Positions 16,315 to 25,193 of a stretch of 64,000 bases of DNA are shown piece after piece. The notes under the pieces are model-generated. The model was not told the DNA's origin and made no database searches. It was given only the letters and a program-made list of their open reading frames with translations. The stretch spans positions 464,465-528,464 of the forward strand of contig CAWCTC010000001.1 in assembly GCA_963798465.1 (NCBI GenBank), read 5' to 3'. A program made the translations under genes and the position numbers. Origin of the DNA: an uncultured bacterium (GTDB taxonomy: Bacteria > Patescibacteriota > Minisyncoccia > Phycocordibacterales > GWA1-40-21). Each line of letters starts with the position of its first letter. Position 1 is the first letter of the stretch.

Positions 16315-16686
16315 ATGCCAAAAGCAACAATTAAATCAAATACAGGAGCAATAATTAATATAGAAGGAACCCCTGAAGAAATTTCTCAGATAATATCGAG
16401 TTTTGAAAAGATTGCTTCCGTAACTCAGTCAAAAACTGAAGCCTCAAAAAATGAAATCAAAAAACGACAAGATAAAAAACGTCTCGCTGCATCTGATTTA
16501 ATTATTGAGCTAAAAGATGATGGTTTTTTTGATAGACCAAAATCATTATTAGAAATATCTCAAGCACTAGAAGAAAAAGGAAGAATGACACCAGTTACTT
16601 CTTTATCAGGAATAATGATTAAACTCGTACAAGAGAGGATTTTTGCAAGAAAAAAGATAGAGGGTAAGTGGGTATATGGTAAATAA
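16315..16686 (+). CDS. hypothetical protein with C-terminal winged-helix-like module
   Basis: FFDRPKSLLEISQALEEKGRMTPVTSLSGIMIKLVQERIFARKKIEGKWVY. A paralogous module is found in ORF 16932. Confidence 0.45.
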   Translation: MPKATIKSNTGAIINIEGTPEEISQIISSFEKIASVTQSKTEASKNEIKKRQDKKRLAASDLIIELKDDGFFDRPKSLLEISQALEEKGRMTPVTSLSGIMIKLVQERIFARKKIEGKWVYGK

Positions 16687-16697
16687 ATATAAAATTT

Positions 16698-16913
16698 ATG
16701 AAAGTCAAAAAACAAAAATCAAGTGTAGCAGAAAAAATTCTTAAAGTAGTTAACGAAAAGAATAAAACTGCAGAGGAAATACAAAAGGAGCTTAAAGATA
16801 AGTATGGATTTAGTATTAAATCTCAAGATATCCGAGTTAATTTACTATATCTATTAAGAAGAGAGAAAATACAGAGGACAAAAGAAGATGATGCATATAA
16901 GTATCATCTGTAG
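16698..16913 (+). CDS. small winged-helix-like protein (71 aa)
   Basis: AEKILKVVNEKNKTAEEIQKEL...RVNLLYLLRREKIQRTKEDDAYKY. Confidence 0.4.
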   Translation: MKVKKQKSSVAEKILKVVNEKNKTAEEIQKELKDKYGFSIKSQDIRVNLLYLLRREKIQRTKEDDAYKYHL

Positions 16914-16931
16914 ATAAAATATTAGTAAATA

Positions 16932-17594
16932 ATGAAAAATCAATCTTCATTGCCTAAAATTATAAAAAATCTATGGGAAGAAAATTTCTTTTCCGAAGCA
17001 AAAAATTTTTCCCAAATAGAAAAGGCCTTGGGAAACAAAGGTTGTCATCCTCCAACTAATAGTTTGTCTGTTGCCTTAATTCGATGCTCCATGTCCGGTG
17101 GTTTTTTAGTTTCCAAAAAAGAAAAGGATGAACGATTATTTATTCAAAGAAATGCACCAATTTATTTAGAAACAAATAGCAACATATTTGATGGGTATTC
17201 TATACATCCTCGCATTAATGAAGTTTCTTTTAAACAGTTTAAAAATGGTCATTTCAAGGAAGCAGTTCAAAATGCATTGGTCGAAGTAATCGATCAAGTT
17301 AAAATAAAAACTAATTATCCTAAAGATAAAAATGGTCATGATTTGGATGGCGATGATCTTATGAATCAGGTTTTTGCTATTGATGGAAAACAATTTCCAG
17401 TAATCAAATTTAATGATTTGAAAAATAGTTTAGATAAAGCTGAACAAAGAGGTATATATTACTTATACAAGGGCATAGTAGGTATTCGAGACAAAAAAGC
17501 ACATTTAAATTTTATACAGAATGATTCATTAAAGACCTTGGAATATTTATTCCTTGCCAGTTTATTGATAAGACTTTTGGATAATCCTCAATAG
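16932..17594 (+). CDS. TIGR02391-like (Hypoth_Ymh) protein with Rx4H motif and N-terminal winged-helix-like module
   Basis: IHPRINEVSFKQFKNGHFKEAVQNALVEV...DGDDLMNQVFA...GIVGIRDKKAHLNF (R-x4-H). Confidence 0.6.
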   Translation: MKNQSSLPKIIKNLWEENFFSEAKNFSQIEKALGNKGCHPPTNSLSVALIRCSMSGGFLVSKKEKDERLFIQRNAPIYLETNSNIFDGYSIHPRINEVSFKQFKNGHFKEAVQNALVEVIDQVKIKTNYPKDKNGHDLDGDDLMNQVFAIDGKQFPVIKFNDLKNSLDKAEQRGIYYLYKGIVGIRDKKAHLNFIQNDSLKTLEYLFLASLLIRLLDNPQ

Positions 17595-17599
17595 GTTGT

Positions 17600-17848
17600 A
17601 TGTACCACCTATACATCCTTCGTTGTTCTGACAAAAGCTTATACACCGGCATAACAACCGATTTGAAGCGACGTCTCAAAGAGCATAATGAATCAAAACT
17701 TGGGGCGAAATATACGTCGGCGAGACGACCGGTGAAGCTCGTGTATTCAAAAAAGTTTAAGAATAGAAGTTGTGCGTCCTCGGAAGAGGCGAGGGTGAAA
17801 GCATTGACGAAAATTCAAAAAGAAAAATTAATTAGTAAGAAAAAGTAA
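17600..17848 (+). CDS. GIY-YIG nuclease superfamily protein (UPF0213/YhbQ-like)
   Basis: MYHLYILRCSDKSLYTGITTDLKRRLKEHN... Confidence 0.85.
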   Translation: MYHLYILRCSDKSLYTGITTDLKRRLKEHNESKLGAKYTSARRPVKLVYSKKFKNRSCASSEEARVKALTKIQKEKLISKKK

Positions 17849-17853
17849 AGATG

Positions 17854-17980
17854 GCGCCGCGGTTGACTTAGCGAAGTCACGTCGTACCACAGGAGTACTT
17901 CTTGTTTACTAAATCGCTGAGTACAGCTCATAAGTAAACAAAGTCGCACGACCGTCCTATAAGTGCGACACAGGCGGCGC
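17854..17980. ncRNA. GC-rich multi-hairpin element (unassigned) immediately after the GIY-YIG gene
   Basis: Closing stem GCGCCGC/GCGGCGC. Inner hairpins: TGACTT-agcg-AAGTCA, GTAC-cacagga-GTAC, TTGTTTACT...AGTAAACAA (itself containing GCTG-agta-CAGC), and GTCGCAC-13 nt-GTGCGAC. Confidence 0.4.
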
Positions 17981-18063
17981 ACCTGCTATCACATTAATTA
18001 TTATTAATAGTGCGCCTTTATTGATATAATCTACGTAGTAAATATAAGTTATAAAACAAAAAT

Positions 18064-18924
18064 ATGTTGAGTTTTTTAGTGCTACATTTTAAAGATATTA
18101 TAGATGTGCTCTTGGCTACATTTTTTATTTATGTAGTTATACTTTTCTTACAGCAAACAAAATCCCGATTTATAATTGGAACTTTCATAGTCGTTATTTT
18201 TTCATATTTTATATCAAAATTTTTTAATTTAGAACTTTCTCAAGATATTCTCCAGCCACTCATAACACTTCTTGCTGTGATTTTTGTTATTGTCTTTCAA
18301 AATGACATCAGACGATTCTTCCACTGGATATCCTCTCCCAAAAATTTAATTAAAACAAATGATAATAATGAGAAAATTTCTGAACAAATTGTCAGTGCCG
18401 TATCGGAAATGGCAAAGAATAAAGTTGGAGCCCTGATTGTTTTTCCTGGAAAAAGTCCGATTGATGATATCGTGCAAGGTGGATTTTTGCTTGACGGAAA
18501 AATTTCTACTCAAGTTATTTTGAGTATTTTTGATACAAATACACCAGGTCACGATGGTGCAATGCTTATAGAAAATTTCCGCATAAATAAATTTGGATTA
18601 CATTTACCGCTTGCCGAAAATTTCAAGAATTTTTCTCGTATGGGAACAAGACATCGCGCTGGCATAGGTATTACAGAACAAACTGATGCTCTTGCCATCA
18701 TTGTTTCAGAAGAAAGAGGGGAAATCTCTATAGCAAAAAATGGGGAAATTAAAAAAGTAGAAGATTTAGAAAAACTTTTATCAGTTATAAAAAAATATAC
18801 GCACGAGAATGCAGATAATGAAAATAATAAAAGTCTCTGGAATTTTATTGTTGTAAGTAATTTTAATACCAAATTTATAGCATTCACCATTGCAATAATA
18901 CTCAAAATATTATTGATAAAATAA
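18064..18924 (+). CDS. cdaA: diadenylate cyclase (CdaA-type, membrane anchored)
   Basis: Three N-terminal TM segments. The DAC domain carries GALIVF, HDGAMLI and GTRHRAGIGITEQTDALAIIVSEERGEISI. Confidence 0.9.
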   Translation: MLSFLVLHFKDIIDVLLATFFIYVVILFLQQTKSRFIIGTFIVVIFSYFISKFFNLELSQDILQPLITLLAVIFVIVFQNDIRRFFHWISSPKNLIKTNDNNEKISEQIVSAVSEMAKNKVGALIVFPGKSPIDDIVQGGFLLDGKISTQVILSIFDTNTPGHDGAMLIENFRINKFGLHLPLAENFKNFSRMGTRHRAGIGITEQTDALAIIVSEERGEISIAKNGEIKKVEDLEKLLSVIKKYTHENADNENNKSLWNFIVVSNFNTKFIAFTIAIILKILLIK

Positions 18925-18997
18925 ACAATTAAAATATAAAAGGTGCTTGATAGCCTGTGGTGCTGTGTTTAATTTAAAATTGTGATAAAATAAACCT

Positions 18998-19138
18998 ATG
19001 ATTGTAAAACGTAAAGATGGATATCATGTTCTCTCCGAGAAAACTCGGAAAAATCTAGGCGGGCCGTACAAATTGCACGGTGAAGCCGTGAAAAGATTGC
19101 AACAAGTTGAATATTTCAAGCATAAAGGAGGCAAGTGA
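18998..19138 (+). CDS. small basic protein (46 aa, not in ORF track)
   Basis: MIVKRKDGYHVLSEKTRKNLGGPYKLHGEAVKRLQQVEYFKHKGGK*, followed immediately by a GC-rich terminator. TGTGATAAAAT (extended -10-like) lies 6 nt upstream of the ATG. Confidence 0.45.
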   Translation: MIVKRKDGYHVLSEKTRKNLGGPYKLHGEAVKRLQQVEYFKHKGGK

Positions 19139-19142
19139 AATG

Positions 19143-19168
19143 GCGCCGCGGACTACCGCGGCGCTTTT
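19143..19168 (+). terminator. intrinsic terminator (GCGCCGCGG-acta-CCGCGGCGC + TTTT)
   Basis: 9-bp GC stem, tetraloop, T-run. Confidence 0.8.
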
Positions 19169-19382
19169 CAAATGCATTAAATTTGCTATATTCAGAATAT
19201 GAAAATCACAATCGTAAAAAATAAATATCTGAACGCACTATTTATAGCGAGTGCGAAGTGAGGGAGCCGCGGTAATCCGCGGCTCTATGTCGCATATGAA
19301 TTGAAATAAAGATCAAAAAATTGATTTGACTTTTTCAATTATTTCAATATACTTTCACAATCTAACTATTATTAATAATATT

Positions 19383-19799
19383 ATGTTGACAAATAAAGAC
19401 AATATATTCGAGCTCATGCTCGGATTCAGCAGGAAAATAAAAGAAAGCACAAAGGAAAATTCATTGAAAAATGAGCTGACGTTTACTCAGTTCGAAACAT
19501 TATGGTTTATTGGCTTCAATGGGAAAAGAAGCATGGAATCAATCGCTGACTACTTAAAAATAACTCCGCCATCAGCAACATCAATGGTTCATAAAATGGA
19601 AAAAAGAGGGTTACTAAGCCGAAAGCGCGATATTAAAGACAAGAGAATAGTTTATATAAGTCTGACAGCTAAAACAAAAAAACATCTGAAAGCTCTGAGA
19701 AAAAATAAAGAAAAATTACTTAAAAAAATTATTGATAAATTATCACAGACGGACAAGAATCATTTGGAGCGAATAATCAAAATTATAATCAAAAAATAA
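19383..19799 (+). CDS. MarR family transcriptional regulator
   Basis: LTFTQFETLWFIGFNGKRSMESIADYLKITPPSATSMVHKMEKRGLLSRKRDIKDKRIVYISLT. The start was taken at the internal ATG (MLTNKD). Confidence 0.8.
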   Translation: MLTNKDNIFELMLGFSRKIKESTKENSLKNELTFTQFETLWFIGFNGKRSMESIADYLKITPPSATSMVHKMEKRGLLSRKRDIKDKRIVYISLTAKTKKHLKALRKNKEKLLKKIIDKLSQTDKNHLERIIKIIIKK

Positions 19800-19800
19800 T

Positions 19801-21120
19801 ATGAAAAATATTTTAAAAATCATACACAAGCCAAAACATATAATCGCAATATCTATTACGATTGCAATCATCATCGGAACTTTCGGCTTTATTTTTATAA
19901 ATCGTGCGCCTGAATATCAATTTGTAAAAGCACAATCGGGAACAATTCAAGATATCTGGAGTCTCAGCACGAGCACAAGCGCATTGGGACAAAATCTAAC
20001 TTTGAGTTTCTTGACTTCCGGAGAAATTGAAAGCGTGTCAGTCAAAGTTGGCGATTCAGTAAAAAGCGGAGAAGTGCTGGCGACTCTAGATCCTGAAAAT
20101 ACTCTTGGAGCATTGACGCAGGCAAAAGCCGCGTATGCATCGGCAGTCGCAAACTATAATAAATTGGTAAATGGCGCCACTTCAGCGGACGTTGCAGTAA
20201 GCAGTTCTTCACTTCAGTCTGCGCAAACATCTCTTGAACACAGCAAAGAAATATTGGTTCAGACGCTCAATGATTCTTTTGTTTCTGCAAATAATGCCGT
20301 GAGCAATACTGATATTTTTTTCAATAATCCATATTCAATCACTCCACAACTCATTGAAAATAATTTAAGCTTTACAAATCAGAATTTGCAAAATCAGATT
20401 GAAAGCGAGAGAAAACCATTAAATGATACGATTTCGTCTTTGAAGCAAGAACTTGTCGGATTAAATTCAGAAAGCGATTTGTCCACATTATCAAATGATA
20501 CAGAATCCGATCTGCTTTCAGTTGCAAATTATCTTGATGATTTAAATTCTCTCTTTACGAAATATTCTTTCGTGAATCAAAACTCTCAAACGATGCTGAA
20601 TGCAGATATAAGTAACATTGTCGGCACGCGTGCTTCGATTACGGCGCAGATAGCTTCATTGACGAATGCGACACAAGCGGTTTCTTCAGCGGAGGCTGGT
20701 GTAAATCAAAATCAAGCTAGCTTGGCTTTGAAAACTTCTTCCGCCCGACCAGAAGATATCGCTTCAGCGGAAGCGCAAGTTTCAAACGCATCTGGAGCAG
20801 TGCAAATAGCGCAATCGGCATATCAAAATAGAATTATCACATCTCCAGGCAATGGAATAGTAACGGCAGTTTATATTTCTGCAGGACAAATTGCTTCGCC
20901 GAATGTTCCGGCCATCGACTTGTCTGGAGAAACAATTTCTAAAAATGTATCGCTTATGATACCGAACAATTCAATCATCGACAGGGCTGGAAAATTTTTT
21001 GTTTTGGTAAAATCCGGCAATGGCACAGCAGAAAAAGAAATTACAATCGGTTCAAGCGATGCAACGAACACCGAAGTTCTTTCGGGAATATCAGCAGGCG
21101 ACGAAGTAGCAACTCATTAA
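19801..21120 (+). CDS. efflux adaptor (HlyD/membrane-fusion family) protein
   Basis: N-terminal TM segment, long coiled-coil-like region, lipoyl-like GDSVKSGEVLATLD, C-terminal beta-barrel region. Confidence 0.7.
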   Translation: MKNILKIIHKPKHIIAISITIAIIIGTFGFIFINRAPEYQFVKAQSGTIQDIWSLSTSTSALGQNLTLSFLTSGEIESVSVKVGDSVKSGEVLATLDPENTLGALTQAKAAYASAVANYNKLVNGATSADVAVSSSSLQSAQTSLEHSKEILVQTLNDSFVSANNAVSNTDIFFNNPYSITPQLIENNLSFTNQNLQNQIESERKPLNDTISSLKQELVGLNSESDLSTLSNDTESDLLSVANYLDDLNSLFTKYSFVNQNSQTMLNADISNIVGTRASITAQIASLTNATQAVSSAEAGVNQNQASLALKTSSARPEDIASAEAQVSNASGAVQIAQSAYQNRIITSPGNGIVTAVYISAGQIASPNVPAIDLSGETISKNVSLMIPNNSIIDRAGKFFVLVKSGNGTAEKEITIGSSDATNTEVLSGISAGDEVATH

Positions 21121-21130
21121 AATTAAAATC

Positions 21131-21781
21131 ATGGAAAACACAACAACACATATTGAAAAGAAAAATCATTTAAAAACGCCTTGGGTTCAGAGTGTCATTT
21201 CAATCGTAATTATTTTTGGAGTTCTTGCAGTATTTTTAATTTGGCTCTCGGTCAAAAATACTATTTCAGTTGAAAATTCATATCTTGATGCTCCGGTTGC
21301 AAATATTTCGCCGACAACACCAGGAATGTTAAACGAGATTTATGTAAAAGAAGGCGATATTGTCGCTCCAAACAGCCAGATTGCAGTCGTTGGTTCTGAA
21401 ATATTATATTCAAAAAATGGCGGAATAGTTTCAAGCGCGCCTGAAGTCACCGGATCATATTATTCTCCCGGACAAACAGTCATATCAATAGTTGATGACA
21501 GCCAGATGAAAGTCATCGGTTCTGTCGATGAGACTAAAGGTTTGAAAGATATTGTCGCAGGCGAGCGCGCAACTTTTACAGTCGATGCATTTCCTGGAAA
21601 AACTTATGAAGGAATTGTTGAAGAAGTCAGTCCGGTTTCTGAAGATACCGGTGTAGTATTTTCAATTTCCGATAATCGCCCAGTCAAAAAATTCGATATA
21701 AAAGTCAGTTTTGACGACAGCAAATATCCGGAATTGAAAAGCGGAATGTCTGCAAAAATAACTGTCTACACAAATAATTAG
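21131..21781 (+). CDS. HlyD family secretion protein (EmrA-like, short)
   Basis: N-terminal TM segment, VKEGDIVAPNSQIAVV, ...ATFTVDAFPGKTYEGIVEEVSP. Confidence 0.7.
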   Translation: MENTTTHIEKKNHLKTPWVQSVISIVIIFGVLAVFLIWLSVKNTISVENSYLDAPVANISPTTPGMLNEIYVKEGDIVAPNSQIAVVGSEILYSKNGGIVSSAPEVTGSYYSPGQTVISIVDDSQMKVIGSVDETKGLKDIVAGERATFTVDAFPGKTYEGIVEEVSPVSEDTGVVFSISDNRPVKKFDIKVSFDDSKYPELKSGMSAKITVYTNN

Positions 21782-21782
21782 C

Positions 21783-23267
21783 ATGAAAGAAAAAGGATCC
21801 AATCTGAGATGGTGGGTTCTCATCACCGTTATAATCGGAACATTTCTCGGTCGTCTTGATCAGACGATTGTAAATCTTGCATTGCCGAAAATAATCAGCG
21901 ACTTCAGCATCACAGTCAGCAATGCAGGATGGATTGCCACCGCATATATTCTGGCAAACGCAATATTCGTTCCGATCTGGGGAAAACTTGGAGATACTAT
22001 CGGAAGGAAAAAAGTTTATATAATCGGATTTGCAATGTTCATCATAGGTTCGGTACTTGCCGGACTTTCGTGGAATTTTCCTTCATTGATTGTTTTCAGA
22101 GTCATCCAGGCAATTGCAGGCTCGGCTGATTATCCGACAGCAATGTCAATCATTGCGGTAACTTTCAAAGAAGGAAAAGAACGCGCGCAAGCTCTCGGAA
22201 TCTGGTCTTCATCATTTGCAGCAGCGGCAGTTTTCGGACCGCTTATCGGCGGACCTCTCATTGATAATTTTGGATGGAGATCAATTTTCCTTGTAAATCT
22301 TCCCGTCGGACTTCTCGGACTTTTCATGGCGATAAAATTTGTCCACGAATCACGTGCAATGCAAAAAATGGTTTACTTCGATTGGTGGGGAGCTTTGAGC
22401 TTGGGCGGCGCACTTTCAGCACTTGTTCTCGTACTCGACAGAGGATCGGATTGGGGATGGCTTTCTGTCGGAAGTATAATCTGCTATGCACTATGCATCG
22501 CACTATTCAAAATATTTGTGATGATTGAAAAAAGAGTGAAAGAACCGATTGTCGATCTGAATTTTTTCAAAATGCCGACTTTTGTAAACGTGCTGGCAAA
22601 TAATTTTATTGTTTTTATGGGAATGATGGGATCAATGTTTTTGATTCCCGTTTTTGCCCAAACATTTATGGGATACACTGCAACGCAATCGGGATATCTT
22701 TTTATGCCGATGGCGGCAGCAATGCTTCTCGCTTCGCCGATTGGTGGCGCACTCATAGGAAAAGTAAAAGCAAAATATGTTATTTTTGCCAGCACAGTTG
22801 TCGCAGCACTCGGAATATTTCTGTTTTCTGTTTATCTTGATCCAAAATCTAGCGCAATGGATATCATAATACCGCTATGCATCATGGCGTTCGGACTTGG
22901 ATTTGGAATGGCACAGAGAACAAATATTGTTGCTTCAATCGTCAATCCTCATGAAATCGGCGTGGCATCATCCATACTTGCGCTCGTGAGAAACATCGCC
23001 GGAGCATTCGGTATCGCGATATTTGGAACTTTGCTGAGCAATAATATAAACAGCAATGTGCTGAAAATAAATAGTTTCAGTTTCATCCACAGCATAAATC
23101 CGCTTGATTTCCAAAAATATATCGCACTCATAGAATTGAAAGCACAGGTGGACGGATATGTTTACGTTTTTCTTGTTTCTGCAATCATCGTGTTCCTCGG
23201 TGCATTTACGATTCTCTTTTTAAAATTGAAAAATGAAAGAACGGATGTAAAAGTGTTGGTGGAATAA
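21783..23267 (+). CDS. MFS transporter, DHA2 (EmrB/QacA) type
   Basis: About 14 TM segments. LDQTIVNLALPKI, GKLGDTIGRKKVY. Confidence 0.85.
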   Translation: MKEKGSNLRWWVLITVIIGTFLGRLDQTIVNLALPKIISDFSITVSNAGWIATAYILANAIFVPIWGKLGDTIGRKKVYIIGFAMFIIGSVLAGLSWNFPSLIVFRVIQAIAGSADYPTAMSIIAVTFKEGKERAQALGIWSSSFAAAAVFGPLIGGPLIDNFGWRSIFLVNLPVGLLGLFMAIKFVHESRAMQKMVYFDWWGALSLGGALSALVLVLDRGSDWGWLSVGSIICYALCIALFKIFVMIEKRVKEPIVDLNFFKMPTFVNVLANNFIVFMGMMGSMFLIPVFAQTFMGYTATQSGYLFMPMAAAMLLASPIGGALIGKVKAKYVIFASTVVAALGIFLFSVYLDPKSSAMDIIIPLCIMAFGLGFGMAQRTNIVASIVNPHEIGVASSILALVRNIAGAFGIAIFGTLLSNNINSNVLKINSFSFIHSINPLDFQKYIALIELKAQVDGYVYVFLVSAIIVFLGAFTILFLKLKNERTDVKVLVE

Positions 23268-23323
23268 AAAGTATTATTTATTTAGATTGCCTAATCAATT
23301 ATTATTTTATATAATATAAAAAC

Positions 23324-24121
23324 ATGAATATAATCGAAGTAAAAAATCTTGTGAAGAAATTTGACGGCATCACAGCTGTTGATGATATTTCTTTCAATGT
23401 CGGAAAAGGAGAAATTTTCGCTTTTCTAGGTCCAAACGGCGCAGGAAAAACTACGACAATAAAAATATTGACGACTCTACTTAATCCGACTTCAGGAAGC
23501 ATCACTCTCGACGGACACGATCCTGTTACCGAACCGACTGAAGCAAGACGATCATTCGGAATCGTATTTCAAGATCCAAGTTTGGACGATGAGCTTACCG
23601 CTTGGGAAAATATGGAATTCCACGGAGTGCTTTATAAAGTTCCTAAAAAAATAAGACGAGAAAGAATAGAATACCTTATGAAATTTGTCGAAGTTTGGGA
23701 CAGAAAAGACAGCTTGGTGAAAGAATTTTCCGGTGGAATGAAAAGGAGATTGGAAATCGCCCGCGGACTTTTGCATCATCCAAAAATAATTTTCCTTGAT
23801 GAACCGACGACAGGTCTTGATCCGCAGACAAGAAACAGCATGTGGAATTATTTGATTGAATTGAACAAAAAAGAAGGCACGACAATTTTCTTCACAACAC
23901 ATTATATGGAAGAAGCTGAGAAAGTCGCACAGAAGATTTCAATCATGGATCACGGAAAAATAATCGCTTCAGGAACAGCAGAAGAGTTAAGAACACAGGC
24001 AAACAATGCCAGCTCGCTTGAAGAGGCATTTTTGAATTTCACCGGAAGAGATATCCGCCACGAAGATGCAGACGCAAGCGATGGAATGAGAATGAGGCAT
24101 ATGGCAAGAACAAGAAGATAA
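23324..24121 (+). CDS. ABC transporter ATP-binding protein (ABC-2/DrrA-like)
   Basis: GPNGAGKTTT, FSGGMKRRLEIA, IIFLDEPTTGLD. Confidence 0.9.
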   Translation: MNIIEVKNLVKKFDGITAVDDISFNVGKGEIFAFLGPNGAGKTTTIKILTTLLNPTSGSITLDGHDPVTEPTEARRSFGIVFQDPSLDDELTAWENMEFHGVLYKVPKKIRRERIEYLMKFVEVWDRKDSLVKEFSGGMKRRLEIARGLLHHPKIIFLDEPTTGLDPQTRNSMWNYLIELNKKEGTTIFFTTHYMEEAEKVAQKISIMDHGKIIASGTAEELRTQANNASSLEEAFLNFTGRDIRHEDADASDGMRMRHMARTRR

Positions 24122-24137
24122 TTTTCAAAAAATAAAA

Positions 24138-24244
24138 CTTGTTCCGTGTGAAATTCACCATAACACAAAATTTAGAGTAATAAACATAGAATCAATTAAT
24201 AAAAATTAGTCGAAATTATCAAAACATTAAAATTTCTTTACAGG
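24138..24244 (+). repeat. 107-nt leader repeat, copy 1 (ends at the ATG of the ABC-2 permease)
   Basis: CTTGTTCCGTGTGAAATTCA...ATCAATTAATAAAAATTAGTCGAAATTATCAAAACATTAAAATTTCTTTACAGG|ATG. Alignable end to end with copies at 27958 and 54441. Confidence 0.9.
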
Positions 24245-24991
24245 ATGACAACAATTTACATACTTTGGCTTAGACAAATGAAAAGATACTTCAGATCAAA
24301 ATCAAGAATGATTGGATCTCTTGCCCAACCCTTGCTATTCATGGTTGCTTTGGGTTTCGGACTCGGACCGGTTTTTGCAAAAGCAGGTGAAGGAAATTAC
24401 ATTAATTTTTTAGTTCCCGGAATCATCGGCATGAGCATAATTTTTTCCGCAGTATTTTCCGGAATAGAAATTATCTGGGACAAACAGTTCGGCTTTTTGA
24501 AAGAAACTCTTGTCGCGCCGGTTTCTCGTTTCAATATAATGCTCGGAAGGACACTCGGCGGAGCAACACAGTCCGTCATGCAAGGTTCTATTGTTTTTGT
24601 CATTTCACTTTTTATCGGTTTTCGCCCAACAAACTGGTATCTCATTCCTATATTTATTTTGCTTATGCTTCTCGTTGCTTTGCTTTTCACCGCAGTCGGA
24701 ACAATGATTGCTTCGCTTCTCGATGATATGCAAGGCTTCCAGCTCATCGTGAACTTCATGGTCATGCCATTATTTTTCCTATCTGGTGCAATTTTCCCTC
24801 TAACCGGTGTGTCAAAAGTATTGAGTTCAATCGCAGCTTTTGATCCGCTCGCATACGGAATCGACTCTTTCAGAGCCGTGCTTATAAATACAACAACATT
24901 CAGTTTGCATGTTGATGTAATAGTTTTATCAATAACAACTCTATTTTTCCTGTCGCTTGGAAGTTATTTCTTTACAAAAATACAGATTTAA
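24245..24991 (+). CDS. ABC-2 type transporter permease
   Basis: Six TM segments. Typical ABC-2 length, adjacent to its ATPase. Confidence 0.85.
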   Translation: MTTIYILWLRQMKRYFRSKSRMIGSLAQPLLFMVALGFGLGPVFAKAGEGNYINFLVPGIIGMSIIFSAVFSGIEIIWDKQFGFLKETLVAPVSRFNIMLGRTLGGATQSVMQGSIVFVISLFIGFRPTNWYLIPIFILLMLLVALLFTAVGTMIASLLDDMQGFQLIVNFMVMPLFFLSGAIFPLTGVSKVLSSIAAFDPLAYGIDSFRAVLINTTTFSLHVDVIVLSITTLFFLSLGSYFFTKIQI

Positions 24992-25014
24992 AAAACGCTA
25001 AAATTTTTTTATGG

Positions 25015-25040
25015 GTGCTGCGGTAGTCCGCGGCACTTTT
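25015..25040 (+). terminator. intrinsic terminator (GTGCTGCGG-tagt-CCGCGGCAC + TTTT)
   Basis: 9-bp stem with one G-U pair, tetraloop, T-run. Confidence 0.75.
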
Positions 25041-25140
25041 GTTTCGTTTTGATTTGTAACAGCGCACAAAAAGCCTTTTCATCCGTATTAAATTGCGTAT
25101 ACTGGCCAAAATGCGCTTTTGTGTAAAAGCTGAATGATTG

Positions 25141-25149
25141 TGATATAAT
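25141..25149 (+). promoter_or_regulatory. extended -10 element TGATATAAT
   Basis: 45 nt upstream of ATG 25194. No clear -35. Confidence 0.4.
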
Positions 25150-25193
25150 TTGACGAGCATCTTTAATTTTTATTAGATTAATTTAATTTTCAA

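Noticed and set aside
19200-19259. 19-aa ORF MKITIVKNKYLNALFIASAK between two GC hairpins.
   Set aside because: Too short, with no SD and no recognisable feature. It is more likely non-coding spacer between hairpin elements.
24138-24244. Hammerhead, twister or other known self-cleaving ribozyme within the leader repeat or the CCTGAGAGGCTCTC repeat core.
   Set aside because: I found no CUGANGA...GAAA core with appropriate helices, and no other ribozyme consensus I can recall.
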